A stretch of DNA of 64,000 nt, taken from positions 34,098,471-34,162,470 of the forward strand of contig JARDVH010000133.1 in NCBI GenBank assembly GCA_030324005.1. Direction: 5' to 3'. Both the position numbers and the translations under genes were made by a program. The stretch comes from Negaprion brevirostris. Lineage: Eukaryota. Shown here piece by piece: positions 60,958 through 64,000 of the stretch (position 1 is its first letter; each line of letters begins with the position of its first letter). The notes beneath the pieces were generated by a model that was given only the letters and a program-made list of their open reading frames with translations, was not told where the DNA came from and did no database searches.

Positions 60958-61699
60958 GTAAGAAACCAAAAAATATTGCAGTTACTTTTATAAATCAAAT
61001 CTCCAAATGTTGGAAGCTATAGCTTGTGAATTTGACGTCAGTAAATGTGTTTGCACGCAATTAGGCAGTAAGTGGTATGAGCCCAAGTTCCAATGTGAAC
61101 CACGTTGAATTTGAGTTATTAATAAATTAACATCTATATTTGTCTTCTCAAAATGCTCAGGTGTCTGTTTTATAACTGTGCACGCTAAGATTTTACCAGC
61201 ACTGGGGCAGCAGTTTTAAATACTGTATGCAAGTGCATACGTTCTTTCCCCTTGGGTGACAGTTATGGTCTGAAGAGTTCACTCAAGGAAGAAATCACCA
61301 CTGAGATCAGTCTTGTCTTTGCTTGATGTCCAAAAGTACAACTTCCAATTGTGGGTGGTGACTCCTTTCCAATTGTACTTCGATGGCATGTGTCCCTGGT
61401 TTGGCTGAGATCACCTAGTTTAGCAGAAACCTGGAAAGTATTCACACCAGCTGAAAAACTGGGAGGTGACCCTCTTGCATGTTTTAGTTTGTAAATGAAA
61501 ATATATTTCCCTGTCCTATACATTTGGCTTATTGAGTGCTTCAGAAGTAATTCCCATTTTGTGTCATGAAAGACAGACTGCTGGGATGAGATTGTAGATT
61601 TTAATTTAATTATAGGTATTCTCAGCACAGGAGGAGACAATTCTGCTTTTTAGGATTTACCTTTACTTATTTATTGAGACTACTTTTTTAATCCCACAG

Positions 61700-61765
61700 A
61701 TGAAACACTGGATGTCCAGGAGAGGATAGCAAATAATTTTAAATCTTTGTTAGAACAATTACAAG
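61700..61765 (+). CDS. NAA25: NAA25 coding exon 20 (gene continues beyond the window)
   Basis: (D)ETLDVQERIANNFKSLLEQLQ; acAG acceptor, G|gtaatg donor; no stop reached. Confidence 0.93.
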
Positions 61766-62039
61766 GTAATGCTGACATTCCACAAATATTGCCTTCATTT
61801 TTCTGCTGCATCTCTATTCTTGTTTCGTATTGTAACTGCACTTGCGAAATAAGTAATGTGTTAGTATGTGGGGGTAAACTGAATTAGCTCAGTTCTGTCA
61901 AACAAGATAAATGCCTTGAACAAAACTTCACTACCACTATTCACACCAGATAACATGGCGCACAATGTGGCTTCAAGCAGGACATTTCTTGAATCAGTTT
62001 GTTAGAGGAAGTACTAAGGGTAGCAAGGGCACAGCACAC

Positions 62040-62300
62040 AACCTGTGTGGGAAGTTTAAGTGACAGAGCTGGACAAGTTCTGAAGAAGATGGCTGTCAGC
62101 CTGGATTTGCAGCAGGCGATGGAACAACTAACAAAATAACCTCAATTGACCTTGCCTTTGCGGATCTGCTTGTCACAAATGATTATGACAGGAATAACCA
62201 TTGCATTTCTTCTGGTGACCAACTCCTGTCTTATCACTGAGGACACTATCTACTATGTCAGGTGGCACTGGCAGTCTATTGAAATGGAATATATCAAGAA
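62040..62300 (+). mobile_element. Decayed LINE endonuclease-region fragment
   Basis: RAGQVLKKMAVSLDLQQ...LDLAF-like remnant. Confidence 0.4.
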
Positions 62301-62499
62301 TGGACCTTGTAGCTCAAAACTAAGTATCTAAGGAAGCTTTAGGAAGCAGCAGAACTGTATCCTAACACAACCTGTAACCTTATAGTGACAAACAGGAGGA
62401 AGATCATCCAGCAGAGGTGGCAGAAGAGGATTTTGGGGGAAGTCGACTCAGTCACTGCAACTGTACTGTGGCTAGCCAGGGAAGTGATGTAAAGAAACG

Positions 62500-64000
62500 G
62501 TTAAGCTCGAGACACTACATTAGTGTTTCCCTCCCTCCCTCCCTCCCTCTAACCAAAAAAAAAGCACTGTGAGGACGACAAGCAAATTAAAAATGAAGTG
62601 AGATTTTTATTCTTAAATACACGAGCAGAGATGACAGCTAGGACAGTGATATGCTCCTCCCGTGAGATGTGGGAGATCGGAGCTTTCTAATGTCCCTGAT
62701 GACTATGTCCATAGGAAGTGTGACCAGCTGCAGCTCCTCACAGACCGCGTGGTTTAGTTGGAACAGCAGCTGGACCACAGCGGAGCATACAAGGAGCAGA
62801 GAGTGTGATAGACGCTAGCTTCAGGGAGGTGGTCACATCACAGGTCCAGGCAGTTAGATGGGTAACTGCCAGGAGAGGCAGGCTGATAAGGCAGGATTCT
62901 CCTGTGGCTATTCCCCTCTCAAACCTGTGTACCATTTTGGGGGGATTGGTTAGACTCTCAAAGGAAAACAGCAGCAGCAGCCAGGCCTGTGGCGCCACAA
63001 CTTGTTCTGCTGTGGAGAAAGGTCAGGCTAAGTCTCTAAGCAAGTGATAATATCCTCTTTGAATACAGGCAAAGTTTCAAAAGACTGTAGAATAGCCACT
63101 GTTGTTCCTTTGTTTAAGAGAGTTAGCAGGATAATCCAGGAAATAATAGGCTGGTAAGCCTGACATCAGTGGCGAGGGAGCTTTTGGAGAAGATACTGAG
63201 GGAGAGGATATGTGCATATTTGGAGAAAAATGGACTAGTTAGTGACAGGCAGCATGGCTTTTACAAGGAAGATCATGTCTCACCAACTTGATTGAGTTTC
63301 TTGAAGAGGTGCCAAAGATAATTGACGAGAGAAGGGCTATGGATGTAGTTTATATGGTGTTTAGTAAGGTGTTTGACAAGGTCCCACATGGCAGCCTGAT
63401 ACAAAAACTAAAATCACATGAGATTTGGAAGGGGCGGGCTGGATGGATAAAGCACTGACTCGGTTATAGAAGACACTGCTGAGGTGGAAGGGTGTTTTAC
63501 AGAAAGGAGATCGATCTGGAAGAAAATGTGGGTGGTCTGATTAGTAAGTTTGCGGACGATAAGAAGATTGGTGGAGTTGTTGATAGTGCCGGGGATTGTC
63601 AGAGGATACAACAGGATGTAGATAGGTTGGTGACTGGGACACAGAAATGGCAGATGGAGTTTAATTCAGACAATTGCAAGGTGATGCATTTTGGAAGATG
63701 AAATTTAGATGTGAATTATACTGCAAATGGTAGAATCCTTAGGAACATTAACATTCAGAGGGATCTGGGCATGCAGATCTACAGTTCCGTAAAAGTGGCA
63801 ATACAGGTAGCCAAGGTGATTAAGAAGGCATGTGGCATGCTTGCCTTCTTCATCTGGGGCATTGAGTACAAGAGTTGGGAATCCTGTTGCAGCTACATAA
63901 AACCTCAGGCTGCATTTTGCAGTACTGCATGCAATTCTGGTCACCACACTACTTGACGTGGAAGCTTTGGAGAGAGTGCAAACAAGGTTCACCAATTTGT
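62500..64000 (+). mobile_element. CR1 LINE with ORF1 remnant (about 62630-63045) joined to internally deleted ORF2/RT
   Basis: ORF1 MTARTVICSS.EMWE...PDDYVHRKCDQLQLLTDRV..LEQQL (decayed Zn finger/leucine zipper); RT SCLTNLIEF, VFDKVPH, ISKFADDKKIGG, WQMEFNSDNCKVMHFGR. Confidence 0.88.

Noticed and set aside
5947-61699. Intronic snoRNA genes
   Set aside because: Several TGATGA/CTGA words occur, but I could not find a C/D pair with a terminal stem or an H/ACA fold. An Infernal/Rfam scan would be needed to exclude them.

Overview
Eukaryotic genomic DNA from a cartilaginous fish, most likely a shark (inferred from the HE1/V-SINE, DeuSINE, CR1 and Penelope-like repeat content). It is a gapped draft scaffold with 12 N-runs. 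The main gene is NAA25 (auxiliary subunit of the NatB N-terminal acetyltransferase) on the + strand. I traced 20 consecutive GT-AG coding exons from the ATG at 5889 to 61765: 2443 nt, about 814 codons, with consistent phases and no stops. The 3' exons lie beyond the window. About 2.9 kb upstream, on the same strand, is one isolated 216-nt LIM-domain exon of a testin/LMCD1-type gene, flanked by assembly gaps. The rest is intronic and dense with decayed retroelements: CR1, L2-like, Rex1/Babar, L1/Tx1-like, Penelope-like, several SINE families, a probable solo LTR and MITE-like elements. I found no convincing novel multi-gene system. The best leads are the orphan testin/LMCD1-intermediate exon, two fold-back hairpins, Penelope ends with decayed hammerhead cores, a duplication bracketing exon 13, a 57-nt TSD-flanked retro-insertion and competing splice sites. 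Repeat family names come from my recollection of consensus motifs, not from database searches, and repeat boundaries are approximate.
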